A DNA stretch of 64,000 nt from an uncultured delta proteobacterium (lineage in GTDB: Bacteria; Desulfobacterota; Syntrophia; Syntrophales; Smithellaceae): assembly GCA_963753975.1 (NCBI GenBank), contig CAVWEH010000001.1:256001-320000 (forward strand), read 5' to 3'. Of this stretch, positions 50,338 to 59,890 are shown in pieces. Under the pieces are notes generated by a model, which had not been told where the DNA came from, searched no databases, and worked only from the letters and a program-made list of their open reading frames with translations. Position numbers and translations under genes: made by a program. Within the stretch, counting starts at the first letter, position 1. Each line of letters begins with the position of its first letter.

Positions 50338-52388
50338 AAAATATCCCCCGCTACAATCACGCAAACTTTAACGCGGCCTTAGCCCCGAAGGGCAGGTTCC
50401 GCATTCTGCTGCCGCTGATCCTGATGATGATCTTCCTCTCCCCCTTCCCTGTGGTAGCCCAAGACCTTACTTGCAGCGACCTTCCCAAACTGATGGAAGC
50501 ATTCTACGCCAAACACTACGTGATGAAGAGTACCACCCCGGAGATCAGGATGCACGCTGTGGACCAGATGGTCAAGCGCCTTGATCCCTCTAAAACGCTG
50601 CTGTACGAGTCTGATTTGAAAAAGCTCAAACCGCTTCTCGCGGACCTGTTTGAAGGCGCGGGAAAAGGCAACTGCGCCTCGCTCCAGTCGGTTTATGACC
50701 TGCTTGTTGCCCGGGTACGGGAGAATGAAACCATCGTCAAAAAGATTCTGGGGCCGGACTTCCGTCTGGACATGATGACGGAGCTGAATATCAACGTGGA
50801 CAAACGCCCCTATCTGAAGACAATGACAGAAAAGCAGGGGCTTCTGAAAAAGATCGTGCAATTCCAGATCGAAAACTCACTGCTCGCCGGCATTGACCTG
50901 GCAACAGCTAAAAAGAAGCAGATACACCGCTACGAGTTACAGACGATGCGGGTGGTTGAGCAAAATCCCGCCGAGCTCATTACAACCTCCGCCGAGGCCT
51001 TCGCCCTGGCCCTGGATCCGCACACCAGTTACCTGCCCCCCAAAGAGCTTGAGGATCTCCAGATTCAGATGAATCTTTCTCTGGAGGGGATCGGGGCTAT
51101 TCTGAGCAGCGACACCGGCTTTACCATTATTGAAGAATTGGTTCCCGGGGGCGCCGCTGAGAAAACCGGTCTGTTGAAGCCAAAGGATAAAATCATCGCC
51201 GTGGCTCAGGAAGGGGAAATGCCCGTTGACGTCATCGACATGGATCTGCGCGACGTTATCAGCATGATCCGCGGCAAGAAAGGCACACGAGTAACCCTAA
51301 CGATCCTGCGGCAGGGGAAGCGCAAGGAGCGCTTTGATGTAACCATCACGCGCGACAAGATCGACGTGAAGGAGCAGGAGGCGAAGATCACCTACGAGAT
51401 TCGGAAAGTGAGCGGAAGGCAGTATCGCTTCGGTGTAATCGATCTTCCTTCCTTTTACGGCGGCGAAAAGGGCGGCAAATCCAGTTACGAAGACGTGAAA
51501 AAACTTCTTGCCGAGGCAAAAAGACAGCGAGTGGACGGCATCGTGCTGAACCTGTCGCGCAACGGCGGTGGGCTGCTCGAAGAGGCGGTGCGCCTTACCG
51601 GCCTTTTTATTGGTAATGGTGGAATAGTAGCGGTCAAGGACAGCCAGGGGCGGGAGACGATTCTTGCCAATGGTTCTGCCGCATCGGGAAAGGACGGTGA
51701 CGAACGCCGCATCAATGCGGCCCCTGCGGAGGATCCACGGGCACTCTACCTGGGCCCCCTTGCCGTTCTGACGAGCCGCCTCAGTGCGTCGGCAAGCGAA
51801 ATAGTCGCGGGCGCTCTGCAAGATTACCACCGTGCGGTGATCGTCGGCTCGGACCATACCTTCGGCAAGGGTTCCGTGCAGGCGCTAATGCCGCTGCCCT
51901 GGGAGCTTGGCGCAATGAAGGTCACAACGGCGTTATACTTCCTGCCCGGCGGCAAATCGACGCAGAAGACGGGTGTGATGGCGGATGTCAGGCTGCCCGG
52001 CTGGTTTGTATTAGAAGATATCGGTGAAGCGGCGCTGGACTATCCGCTGCCGGCTCAGGCGATCGAGCCCTTCCTGGGCGTGCGGGAGAAAGCTGCGCCG
52101 CATTGGAAGTCTGTTGACGAGCCACTGATCGCAAGGCTTTCGTCCAAATCGCAGAGCCGCGTGGCGAAAAACGCAAAGTTTGCCAAAATCATCAAAGACA
52201 ACAAAGAAGCCGCGGAAAAGAAGGGCATCATCCAGCTTGATGATTTACGCAAGACGATAAAGGACGAAGACGCAGACATTGAGAATGAAACGCGTTCCGA
52301 ACAAAGGCAAAAGGCCCGGGAGCAGTATGCGCCTTTTGTAAACGAGAGCGTCAACATCCTGCTCGACGAAGTAGTGAGACTCAACTGA
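50313..52388 (+). CDS. prc: Carboxy-terminal processing protease (S41A, Prc/Tsp family)
   Basis: LDPHTSY, LEGIGA PDZ, NGGGLL, SASASEI, TFGKGSVQ. Confidence 0.88.
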   Translation: MNRKISNGENIPRYNHANFNAALAPKGRFRILLPLILMMIFLSPFPVVAQDLTCSDLPKLMEAFYAKHYVMKSTTPEIRMHAVDQMVKRLDPSKTLLYESDLKKLKPLLADLFEGAGKGNCASLQSVYDLLVARVRENETIVKKILGPDFRLDMMTELNINVDKRPYLKTMTEKQGLLKKIVQFQIENSLLAGIDLATAKKKQIHRYELQTMRVVEQNPAELITTSAEAFALALDPHTSYLPPKELEDLQIQMNLSLEGIGAILSSDTGFTIIEELVPGGAAEKTGLLKPKDKIIAVAQEGEMPVDVIDMDLRDVISMIRGKKGTRVTLTILRQGKRKERFDVTITRDKIDVKEQEAKITYEIRKVSGRQYRFGVIDLPSFYGGEKGGKSSYEDVKKLLAEAKRQRVDGIVLNLSRNGGGLLEEAVRLTGLFIGNGGIVAVKDSQGRETILANGSAASGKDGDERRINAAPAEDPRALYLGPLAVLTSRLSASASEIVAGALQDYHRAVIVGSDHTFGKGSVQALMPLPWELGAMKVTTALYFLPGGKSTQKTGVMADVRLPGWFVLEDIGEAALDYPLPAQAIEPFLGVREKAAPHWKSVDEPLIARLSSKSQSRVAKNAKFAKIIKDNKEAAEKKGIIQLDDLRKTIKDEDADIENETRSEQRQKAREQYAPFVNESVNILLDEVVRLN

Positions 52389-52640
52389 AAACGAGCACAG
52401 CAAAGGTTGAAGTGTTAGTCGAACTAATGAAACTCCAATTTCGAAAGCGAAGCACATAGAAATTGGATAGTTGAATTATCCCCGCCATAGGCGGAGGATA
52501 TCGAAGATATCTGTGATATCCCCGAAGCAAAGCGTAGTGGGGTAGTGAGTCCCAAGTTTTAGAAGCGTAGCGCACTGAAATTTGTTGGACGAACTATCCC
52601 CGAAGCAAAGCGTAGTGGGGTAATGACACTCGCTAAAACA
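52372..52640 (+). repeat. GA-mismatch hairpin element cluster D
   Basis: Units at 52372-52426, 52425-52478 and 52543-52596, partial unit from 52621; 28-bp direct repeat TATCCCCGAAGCAAAGCGTAGTGGGGTA (52517, 52595). Confidence 0.85.
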
Positions 52641-52812
52641 GCACCTTTTGGCGTTGTATATCTGTTAGGCAATTGTTCCCATAAAAGGTACATTTAGTGA
52701 ATAATAAGACAATGCGTCCTGGGGGATATTCAAAAACAAATAATTGTCCGAAAATTTAGTTGGTGCACAAAATGCACATTGCAAATAATAATAAGCTTGG
52801 GGATAGCAGGAC

Positions 52813-53195
52813 GTGACTGAAAAAAATATCATAATGCAAGATACAAAAGGGCAAGTGGTTTTATACAAGAACCGGCTGGAAGTCCGTTTAGAAAAGGATA
52901 CTGTCTGGTTAAGCCTGAGTCAATTGGTAGATTTATTCGAACGTGACAAGTCCGTTATCTCAAGACATTTACTCAATATATTTAAATCAAAGGAGTTAGA
53001 CAAAGCATCAACTGTTGCATATTTTGCAACAGTTCAAAAAGAGGGTGGTCGAATTATTGAACGGAATATCGAATATTTCAACTTAGATGCAATCATCTCT
53101 GTTGGCTATCGTGTTAATTCAATTCGAGGCACTCAATTCCGCATTTGGGCAACAAATGTTTTGCGGCAGCATCTGGTTGCCGGTTATACCATTTA
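52813..53195 (+). pseudogene. Truncated RhuM/virulence-family (Fic-associated) DNA-binding protein
   Basis: TVWLS...LF, ISRHL.NIF, FNLDAIISVGYRVNS.RGTQFRIWAT; family-like sequence stops at GYTI, exactly where CCCCGTTAGAG begins. Confidence 0.75.
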
Positions 53196-53565
53196 CCCCG
53201 TTAGAGGCGAATATTTATGCATTATGTGTACGTGCTTAAGAGCATAAAAGACAAAAAAATGTATACGGGGTGCACAGAGGATTTACGGAAGCGTTTTCGT
53301 GAGCATAATATTGGGAAGGTTAATTCCACAAAAGGGCGAGGGCCTTTTGAATTAATATACTATGAGGCCTCGTCAGATAAAACAGATGCTTTTGCCCGAG
53401 AGAAATATCTGAAATCAGGGATGGGGAAAGATCATGTTCTATGTAAAGGGGATTTACCCCGTTAGAAATTGCCTAACTTAAAGCTCCAGAACTTAGAAAA
53501 CCTCCTCAGGAGTTAGTTTTATATGAATAAAAAGATTTCTAACGGGGAAAAAATCTCTAACGGGA
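53196..53565. mobile_element. CCCCGTTAGA-type element enclosing a GIY-YIG gene and a nested element copy
   Basis: Left end CCCCGTTAGAG (53196), right end CTCTAACGGGA (53555-53565); nested copy at 53457-53547. Confidence 0.65.
53217..53465 (+). CDS. Small stand-alone GIY-YIG nuclease (C-terminus possibly altered)
   Basis: YVYVL..YTG.T.DL..R..EHN, LIYYE, A..RE.YLKSG. Confidence 0.88.
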   Translation: MHYVYVLKSIKDKKMYTGCTEDLRKRFREHNIGKVNSTKGRGPFELIYYEASSDKTDAFAREKYLKSGMGKDHVLCKGDLPR

Positions 53566-54245
53566 TAAAAAGCTGGCCCAAGGACGACCGGCCGAGGGAG
53601 AAACTGCTTAAGCGCGGCGCAGGCACTTTGAGCAACTCCGAGCTTCTGGCGATACTTCTGCGCACCGGAGTTAAAGGCAACAGCGCCATTGATCTCGCGA
53701 GAAAAATACTTAGTAAATTCGATACATTTCGCAATATGAGCCACTCTGATATCCGCGATTGGAAAGAATTTAAAGGTTTAGGCCCCGCCAAAATTGCACA
53801 AATAAAAGCCGCGTTGGAAATCGGCAGGCGTTTCCGTGAAGATGAAGTAGTGAGTGTCAAGCAAAAAATTGCCACGGCCGGGGATGTCGTCGATATCATT
53901 ATGCCGCAAATGCGCGACCTCAAGACGGAGGTCTTTAAAGTTGTCTACCTCAACAGCAACAACGGAATAATTGATATTGCCGATGCGGCTCAAGGCACTG
54001 TAAATCAGGCCGCGCCGATTGTCCGGGAAATTATTCATACGGCATTACAAAAATTTGCCGCCTCTATTATTTGTGTTCACAATCACCCCAGCGCGAATAT
54101 TGCACCCAGCCCGGAAGACAAAAAAATAACGGCGGAGTTATCAGCCGCATGCAAGCTGATGGGAATCAGAATGCTGGATCATATCATCATCGGCGACGGT
54201 AGCTACTTTAGTTTTACAGATGAGGGAATGCTTGAATCAATATGA
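53523..54245 (+). CDS. radC: RadC family JAB-domain protein
   Basis: RPREKL, ELLAILLRTG, GLGPAK, HNHPS..PS.ED, LDHIIIG. Confidence 0.93.
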   Translation: MNKKISNGEKISNGIKSWPKDDRPREKLLKRGAGTLSNSELLAILLRTGVKGNSAIDLARKILSKFDTFRNMSHSDIRDWKEFKGLGPAKIAQIKAALEIGRRFREDEVVSVKQKIATAGDVVDIIMPQMRDLKTEVFKVVYLNSNNGIIDIADAAQGTVNQAAPIVREIIHTALQKFAASIICVHNHPSANIAPSPEDKKITAELSAACKLMGIRMLDHIIIGDGSYFSFTDEGMLESI

Positions 54246-57037
54246 TTAAGAGCGAAGCTCAAACCAGAAAAGAGATTATTGATAAACGGCTCTTGCAGGT
54301 TGGCTGGAATGTGAAGAATCCTCTTCACGCCACGGAGGAGTTAAGTATTTGGATTGGTTTGCAGGAAGGCGTGCATGAGCCGCAGACTATTTATCAGGGG
54401 CAGCTTTTTGTAGATTATGCACTTCTTGGTGAAGATGGCACGCCGGTTGCTGTTGTAGAAGCGAAAAAGACTTCAACTGAGGCGGAGCGAGGCAAAGAGC
54501 AGGCGCGTAATTATGCTGAGAAAATTCAGAAAAATCACGGCGGGCCTATACCCTTCGTTCTTTACACAAACGGCTACGACATTTTCTTCTGGGATACAGA
54601 TCGTTACCCACCCCGCAAGGTTTACGGATTTCCATCAAAAGCCGACTTGGAGCGCATCCAATTTTTGCGTGATAACAGCAGACCTCTATCCAGTGAATTA
54701 ATCAATACTATAATAGCTGGAAGGCCATACCAAATAGAGGCAATTCGTTCTGTTTTGGAAGCTCTGGAAAAGAAACGGCGTAAATTTCTCTTGGTTATGG
54801 CAACTGGCACAGGCAAAACACGCACCTGCATGGCGCTGCTTGATGTTCTAATGCGCACTAATTGGGTTCAGCGCGTTTTATTTCTTGTGGATCGCATCGC
54901 TTTACAGGAGCAAGCACTTGATACATTCAAGGAGTATCTACCTAATGCGCCTATATGGCCAAAGCAAGGTGAAAAAGAATTTGTGACAGATCGGCGTGTC
55001 TATGTATCAACTTATCCGACAATGCTCAATATCATTGAACAGGAAAATTGTCCGCTGACAGCTCATTTTTTCGATCTGATTGTTGCTGATGAAAGTCATC
55101 GTTCCATTTATAACGTTTATAAAAATATTTTCGAGTATTTTGATTCCGTACAGCTAGGGCTTACGGCTACGCCGAAGGATCATGTTGACCACAATACTTT
55201 CTCGCTTTTTGAATGCGACAACGGATTGCCGACATTTGCTTATTCGTATGAAGAAGCAATCAATAACATCCCGGCTTATTTATGTGATTTTGAAGTATTG
55301 AAAATAAGAACAAAATTTCAACAAGAAGGCATTAATAGTAAGACAATTGCGGAACACGACAGAAAGAAACTATTAATTGAAGGTCGTGATCCGGATGAAA
55401 TCAGCTTCGAAGGAACAGAGCTGGAGATAAAAGTATCCAACAAAGGCACTAATGCGCTCATTGTCCGCGAGTTTATGGAAGAGTGTATTAAAGACGCAGA
55501 TGGCGTGCTGCCCGGTAAAACCATCTTTTTTGCGTTATCTAAAAAGCATGCATATCGGCTCTGTGAAGTATTTAACGCTCTATATCCCGAATATAAAGGA
55601 CAGCTCGCCGAAGTAATCATTTCCGACGTAAAGGGAGTGCACGGCAAAGGAGGCATTCTTGACCGTTTCAAAAACAACGACATGCCACGTATTGCTATAA
55701 GCGTTGACATGCTAGATACCGGCATTGATGTGCGGGAAGTTGTAAATCTGGTTTTTGCCAAGCCTGTTTTCTCCTACACAAAATTTTGGCAGATGATTGG
55801 CAGAGGTACCCGTGTTCTTGATCCTGAAAAGATCAAACCCTGGTGTCCATCCAAAGATAAATTTCTGATCATGGACTGCTGGGATAATTTTGAATATTTC
55901 AAAATGAATCCCAAAGGCAAAGAGCAGAAGCCTACCCGGCCTCTTCCCGTAAGATTGTTTGAAGCCAGGTTGGACAAACTGCAAGCGGCGCTGGAAATGC
56001 AGGATGAAACAATATCTCAAAAGACCGTACAGCAAATCAAAAAAGATATTGATTTACTTCCAGCCAACTCCGTTATTGTTCTTGATGGGAAAGAATACAT
56101 CGATTATGCGCAAGACGTATCTTTCTTTAGTAAAATTACACCGGAAGCAGTCGGATTTCTGCGGCAAAATGTTGCGCCAATTATGCGGGCAAAATCTGAT
56201 GCTGATTTTAAAGCCATGCATTTTGAATTGAATGTTGTAGAGGTATCGACAGCTCATCTTGTAAAAGATAAAGAACGTTTTGAGGTATTGAAAGAAGGTT
56301 TAGTCGAAATCATTAGTGAACTTCCGCTTTCGGTAAATATTGCTGCTAAACAACAAGCGTATATTGAAAAAGTGACCGGTAATAATTTTTGGCACACCCT
56401 GGTAGATAATGATTTTGATGAAATGGTGGTCAGGCTTGCCCCGTTGATGAAGTTCAGGGAGCAGGACAAAATAATTGAAGTTAAAACGGATTTAACCGAT
56501 CTTCTAACTGTTAAAGAATATATAGAGTTTGGGCCAGAACATGAACGGCTGACGATTAATAAATATCGTCAGAAGGTTGAAGAATTAATCAGGGAAATGG
56601 TTAAAACCAATAAATCTCTGCAAAAAATAATTGCTGGTGAAGATTTAACCAATCAAGAGATAGAAGAACTTGCAACAATCCTGCGCGACAAATATCCCAA
56701 TGTCACGGAATTAATACTACAAGAGATTTATGATAACCGTAGTGCCAAATTTATTCAGTTTATCAAGCATGTGCTTGGGCTGGAACCATTGGAGACCTTT
56801 ACGGAGAAAGTATCGTTTGCCTTTGATGAATTTATCCGGGCGCACAACAACTATGGACAACAACAAATTCAATTTTTGCAGACATTAAAAACATTCGTTC
56901 TACAAAAAGGCAAAATTGAGAAAAGCGATTTAGTCCATGCGCCATTTACGCAACTACACCCACAGGGGATTCGCGGTGTATTTAAACCTGGCGAAATTGA
57001 CGAAATTATAAACCTGACGCAGAAGCTTGCGGCATAA
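54242..57037 (+). CDS. hsdR: Type I restriction enzyme R subunit (EcoEI/EcoAI-like)
   Basis: DY..VVEAK nuclease motif, MATGTGKT, DESH, QMIGRGTR, C-terminal PFT..P.G. Confidence 0.93.
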   Translation: MIKSEAQTRKEIIDKRLLQVGWNVKNPLHATEELSIWIGLQEGVHEPQTIYQGQLFVDYALLGEDGTPVAVVEAKKTSTEAERGKEQARNYAEKIQKNHGGPIPFVLYTNGYDIFFWDTDRYPPRKVYGFPSKADLERIQFLRDNSRPLSSELINTIIAGRPYQIEAIRSVLEALEKKRRKFLLVMATGTGKTRTCMALLDVLMRTNWVQRVLFLVDRIALQEQALDTFKEYLPNAPIWPKQGEKEFVTDRRVYVSTYPTMLNIIEQENCPLTAHFFDLIVADESHRSIYNVYKNIFEYFDSVQLGLTATPKDHVDHNTFSLFECDNGLPTFAYSYEEAINNIPAYLCDFEVLKIRTKFQQEGINSKTIAEHDRKKLLIEGRDPDEISFEGTELEIKVSNKGTNALIVREFMEECIKDADGVLPGKTIFFALSKKHAYRLCEVFNALYPEYKGQLAEVIISDVKGVHGKGGILDRFKNNDMPRIAISVDMLDTGIDVREVVNLVFAKPVFSYTKFWQMIGRGTRVLDPEKIKPWCPSKDKFLIMDCWDNFEYFKMNPKGKEQKPTRPLPVRLFEARLDKLQAALEMQDETISQKTVQQIKKDIDLLPANSVIVLDGKEYIDYAQDVSFFSKITPEAVGFLRQNVAPIMRAKSDADFKAMHFELNVVEVSTAHLVKDKERFEVLKEGLVEIISELPLSVNIAAKQQAYIEKVTGNNFWHTLVDNDFDEMVVRLAPLMKFREQDKIIEVKTDLTDLLTVKEYIEFGPEHERLTINKYRQKVEELIREMVKTNKSLQKIIAGEDLTNQEIEELATILRDKYPNVTELILQEIYDNRSAKFIQFIKHVLGLEPLETFTEKVSFAFDEFIRAHNNYGQQQIQFLQTLKTFVLQKGKIEKSDLVHAPFTQLHPQGIRGVFKPGEIDEIINLTQKLAA

Positions 57038-57061
57038 AGTAAATAGTAAGGAATAGTTGTT

Positions 57062-58612
57062 ATGTTGATGCCCGAAATGAAATCTCTGATCAATGCTCTA
57101 TGGGACAAATTCTGGAGTGGCGGCATATCTAATCCGCTTACCGCAATTGAGCAAATATCTTATCTGCTATTCATGCGCCGTCTGGATGAAATGGATACAA
57201 AACTAGTAAATGACGCCGAGTTTACGGGCGATAATTATAACTCCATTTTCAAGGGGAAGTTTAAACTGCCATCGGGTGAAACCATTGATAAAAAAACTTT
57301 ACGCTGGAGTCACTTCAAACAGATGGAAGGCGGTGAAATGCTCCGTCATGTGCAAATCAATGTATTTCCATTCATTAAGCAGCTTAATGGTAGTAATACA
57401 ACCTTCACGAAACATATGGAAGACGCTGTGTTTATTATACCTAAAGCTTCGCTTCTAGTGGAAGCAGTCATCATTATCGACCGGCTATATGATGAAATTG
57501 AAAAACAGATGCAGTCTGGTCAAATTTTTCATGACACGCAGGGCGATATGTATGAATTTTTGCTTTCTGAAATTGCTACTTCCGGTAAAAACGGACAGTT
57601 TCGCACGCCACGCCACATCATTGCGCTCATGTGCGAGCTTGTTGACCCGAGGATTCCAGATTTGGTTTGTGATCCTGCCTGCGGTACCAGCGGTTTTTTG
57701 CTCGGCGCTTATCAACACATCCTTACCCAACATACGAGTAAGGAGAATCTTTTTATCGATGAAAATGGTTTTACCCGCGGTAGCCTGGGTGACAAGCTTA
57801 CTGACAAAAAGCTCTGGAAGCATTTGAAAGAGACAACTTTTTACGGGTATGATTTTGACTCAACCATGGTGCGTATCGGCCTTATGAACATGATTCTGCA
57901 TGGCATTACCAATCCCAATATTAAGCGGAAAGACACGCTTTCCAAAAAATATAACGAAGACAATAAATACAACTGTATCTTTGCCAACCCGCCATTCAAA
58001 GGCAGCATTGACAAAGGGGATATCAACGAAACCCTATCACTTGCGACTACCAAGACAGAACTTTTATTTGTCAATCGCATTATTAATTCTTTGCGCATCG
58101 GCGGCCGTGCAGCGGTGATTGTGCCGGATGGCGTGCTCTTTGGTTCAAGCAACGCGCATAAAGATTTGCGCAAAATGCTTATTGAAAAGTGCGAACTTCA
58201 GGGCGTAGTATCCATGCCCAGTGGTGTGTTCAAACCCTATGCCGGAGTGAGCACAGCGATTATTGTTTTTGTAAAAGGTGGCACAACAGAAAAAGTTTGG
58301 TTCTACGACATGCAGACCGACGGATTTTCACTGGATGACAAAAGAGAGAAAATCGAGGCAAATGATCTGCCGGATATTGTAAAGAATTGGAAAGTTCGCA
58401 ACAAAAGCAAAAGCGATAACCGCACAGCCAAACACTTCTTTGTGCCTGTAAAAGAAATCATTGATAACGGTTTTGACCTTTCCATCAATCGCTATAAAGA
58501 AACCATATATATTACAACTGAGTATGAGAAGCCGAAAGTGATTTTGGGAAAGATTGAAGCTATTGAGAAGGAAATAATGGATGGGATCAAAGAATTAAAG
58601 AAGATAATGTAA
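57062..58612 (+). CDS. hsdM: Type I RM methyltransferase subunit (N6-adenine)
   Basis: GQFRTPRH, DPACGTSGFL, ANPPF, VPDGVLF. Confidence 0.95.
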   Translation: MLMPEMKSLINALWDKFWSGGISNPLTAIEQISYLLFMRRLDEMDTKLVNDAEFTGDNYNSIFKGKFKLPSGETIDKKTLRWSHFKQMEGGEMLRHVQINVFPFIKQLNGSNTTFTKHMEDAVFIIPKASLLVEAVIIIDRLYDEIEKQMQSGQIFHDTQGDMYEFLLSEIATSGKNGQFRTPRHIIALMCELVDPRIPDLVCDPACGTSGFLLGAYQHILTQHTSKENLFIDENGFTRGSLGDKLTDKKLWKHLKETTFYGYDFDSTMVRIGLMNMILHGITNPNIKRKDTLSKKYNEDNKYNCIFANPPFKGSIDKGDINETLSLATTKTELLFVNRIINSLRIGGRAAVIVPDGVLFGSSNAHKDLRKMLIEKCELQGVVSMPSGVFKPYAGVSTAIIVFVKGGTTEKVWFYDMQTDGFSLDDKREKIEANDLPDIVKNWKVRNKSKSDNRTAKHFFVPVKEIIDNGFDLSINRYKETIYITTEYEKPKVILGKIEAIEKEIMDGIKELKKIM

Positions 58613-58613
58613 G

Positions 58614-59771
58614 ATGCGACTAGTGAACATTACTGAAGCAGTTGAAAATACAAATAGCCGTGTTAAACCATTTACTGGCCAGCGCCAATATATGGCTACC
58701 GGCGATTTATCTAAAAACAAAATTAATGAAATGATGGCAGTTGACTATGAAACAAAACCAAGTCGTGCTGATTTACTTGTAAATGCTGGCCAAATTATTT
58801 TGGCGCGCATGAAAGCCACAAATAAAGTTCTTTTAATTGATCAATCCAGTAAAGATTTTATTGTTTCCACTGGGTTTATAACACTTACGCCAAAGAAAGG
58901 GTTCAATTCTGGTTATCTATCTCATTATTTTAAGTCTGGTTTTTTTCAATCACAAAAAGATAAATATTGTACTGGTGCAACTCAAAAAGCAATAAACAAT
59001 ACTTCCTTAAAAAAAATAAACGTTCCTTATTGTTCTATAGATGAACAACAAAAAATAGCTGCTATTCTCGACCAAGCCGATGCCCTGCGGAAAAAGCGCC
59101 AAGAGTCGCTCCGACTTCTGGATGCGCACTTGAAGTCGATGTTTCTGGAGATGTTCAAAAAAGGAACCCTTAATTGGAAAATCTGTAAAATAAAAGATAT
59201 TGCTGAGAATAAAAAAGGAAGCATGAGGACGGGCCCGTTTGGAAGCAGTCTGCTACATAGTGAATTTGTAGAAGAAGGCATAGCTGTACTCGGCATTGAC
59301 AATGCTGTGGAGAATAAATTCTTATGGAAAGAAAGAAGATATATTACTAAAGAGAAGTATTCTCAGCTGAAACAATACACCGTTCGTCCTGGTGATATTA
59401 TTATTACTATCATGGGAACATTAGGTAGATCCGCAGTGATTCCAGAAAATATTCCTCTTTCTATAAATACAAAGCATTTAGCTTGTATTACTTTAAGTAG
59501 AGAAATTGCTAATCCATATTTTATTAATTACACATTCCAATCTGATCCGGACGTAATTCGTCAGCTAAGTGGGAAGAAACGTGGCGCTATTATGGATGGA
59601 TTAAATCTGACGATAATTAAAGAATTAGACATAAAGTTGCCTCCTTTAGCATTGCAGGAAAAGTTTGTTACGATATTGAAAAAGGTCGAATTTCAAAAAG
59701 ATCAAATGAATAAATCCCTCACCGAAATTGACACTCTCTTCAACGCTCTTTCACAACGGTATTTCGGGTGA
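58614..59771 (+). CDS. hsdS: Type I RM specificity subunit
   Basis: Two TRDs with conserved EQQKIAAILD and PPLALQEKF helices. Confidence 0.92.
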   Translation: MRLVNITEAVENTNSRVKPFTGQRQYMATGDLSKNKINEMMAVDYETKPSRADLLVNAGQIILARMKATNKVLLIDQSSKDFIVSTGFITLTPKKGFNSGYLSHYFKSGFFQSQKDKYCTGATQKAINNTSLKKINVPYCSIDEQQKIAAILDQADALRKKRQESLRLLDAHLKSMFLEMFKKGTLNWKICKIKDIAENKKGSMRTGPFGSSLLHSEFVEEGIAVLGIDNAVENKFLWKERRYITKEKYSQLKQYTVRPGDIIITIMGTLGRSAVIPENIPLSINTKHLACITLSREIANPYFINYTFQSDPDVIRQLSGKKRGAIMDGLNLTIIKELDIKLPPLALQEKFVTILKKVEFQKDQMNKSLTEIDTLFNALSQRYFG

Positions 59772-59890
59772 AGATAAAGATGGTTGGTGAATTTATTTCA
59801 AAGAGATCATGGCAACCATCAACGGCGATAGGAATTTATAGTGGATAATTAGCTGCGACATTCAAACAAACGAGTAAATAGGATTAGCGC

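Noticed and set aside
52517..52622. Mini-CRISPR (28-bp direct repeat twice)
   Set aside because: The intervening sequence is itself a copy of the hairpin unit, not a unique spacer.
48203..53565. Integron attC sites (GTTAG / CTAAC cores between genes)
   Set aside because: The core order is reversed relative to attC (GTT first, AAC last), the interiors are not extended hairpins, and no integron integrase is present.
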